Below, one piece after another: positions 41,049-41,208 of a stretch of 41,208 bases of DNA. Position 1 is the first letter of the stretch, and each line of letters starts with the position of its first letter. Where the stretch lies: sequence record PP384397, one strand, 5' to 3'. Made by a program: the position numbers and the translations under genes. The notes under the pieces are model-generated. The model did not search any database, was not told the origin of the DNA, and was given only the letters and a program-made list of their open reading frames with translations. This stretch comes from Teseptimavirus T7.

Positions 41049-41208
41049 TCTCACAGTGTACGGACCTAAAGTTCCCCCATAGGGGGTACCTAAAGCCCAG
41101 CCAATCACCTAAAGTCAACCTTCGGTTGACCTTGAGGGTTCCCTAAGGGTTGGGGATGACCCTTGGGTTTGTCTTTGGGTGTTACCTTGAGTGTCTCTCT
41201 GTGTCCCT
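41049..41208 (+). repeat. Right direct terminal repeat (160 bp)
   Basis: Same sequence as 1..160. Confidence 0.95.

Overview
This window is a complete linear genome of an Escherichia phage T7-type virus (41,208 bp, 160-bp direct terminal repeats at both ends) carrying a laboratory-built reporter insertion. All phage genes are on the + strand in canonical T7 order (0.3 to 19.5) with expected protein lengths; 16 native T7 RNA polymerase promoters, the early E. coli promoters A1-A3, terminators TE and Tphi, and RNase III hairpins are recognisable. The one non-phage element is a 1,271-nt cassette at 5845..7115, inserted inside the phi1.1A promoter between gene 1 and gene 1.1. It consists of a 60-nt synthetic block, an antisense pBR322 tetA fragment with pET-type BglII junction, a T7 promoter and gene-10 leader/RBS, a GC-rich ORF encoding mCherry, an untranslated linker-His6, a TOPO-type polylinker, a second Tphi terminator copy and a second 60-nt synthetic block. 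I found no natural, previously undescribed biological system; the novelty here is synthetic. Phage identifications and all reference coordinates are from memory of T7 (NC_001604), not from a search, and should be confirmed by alignment.
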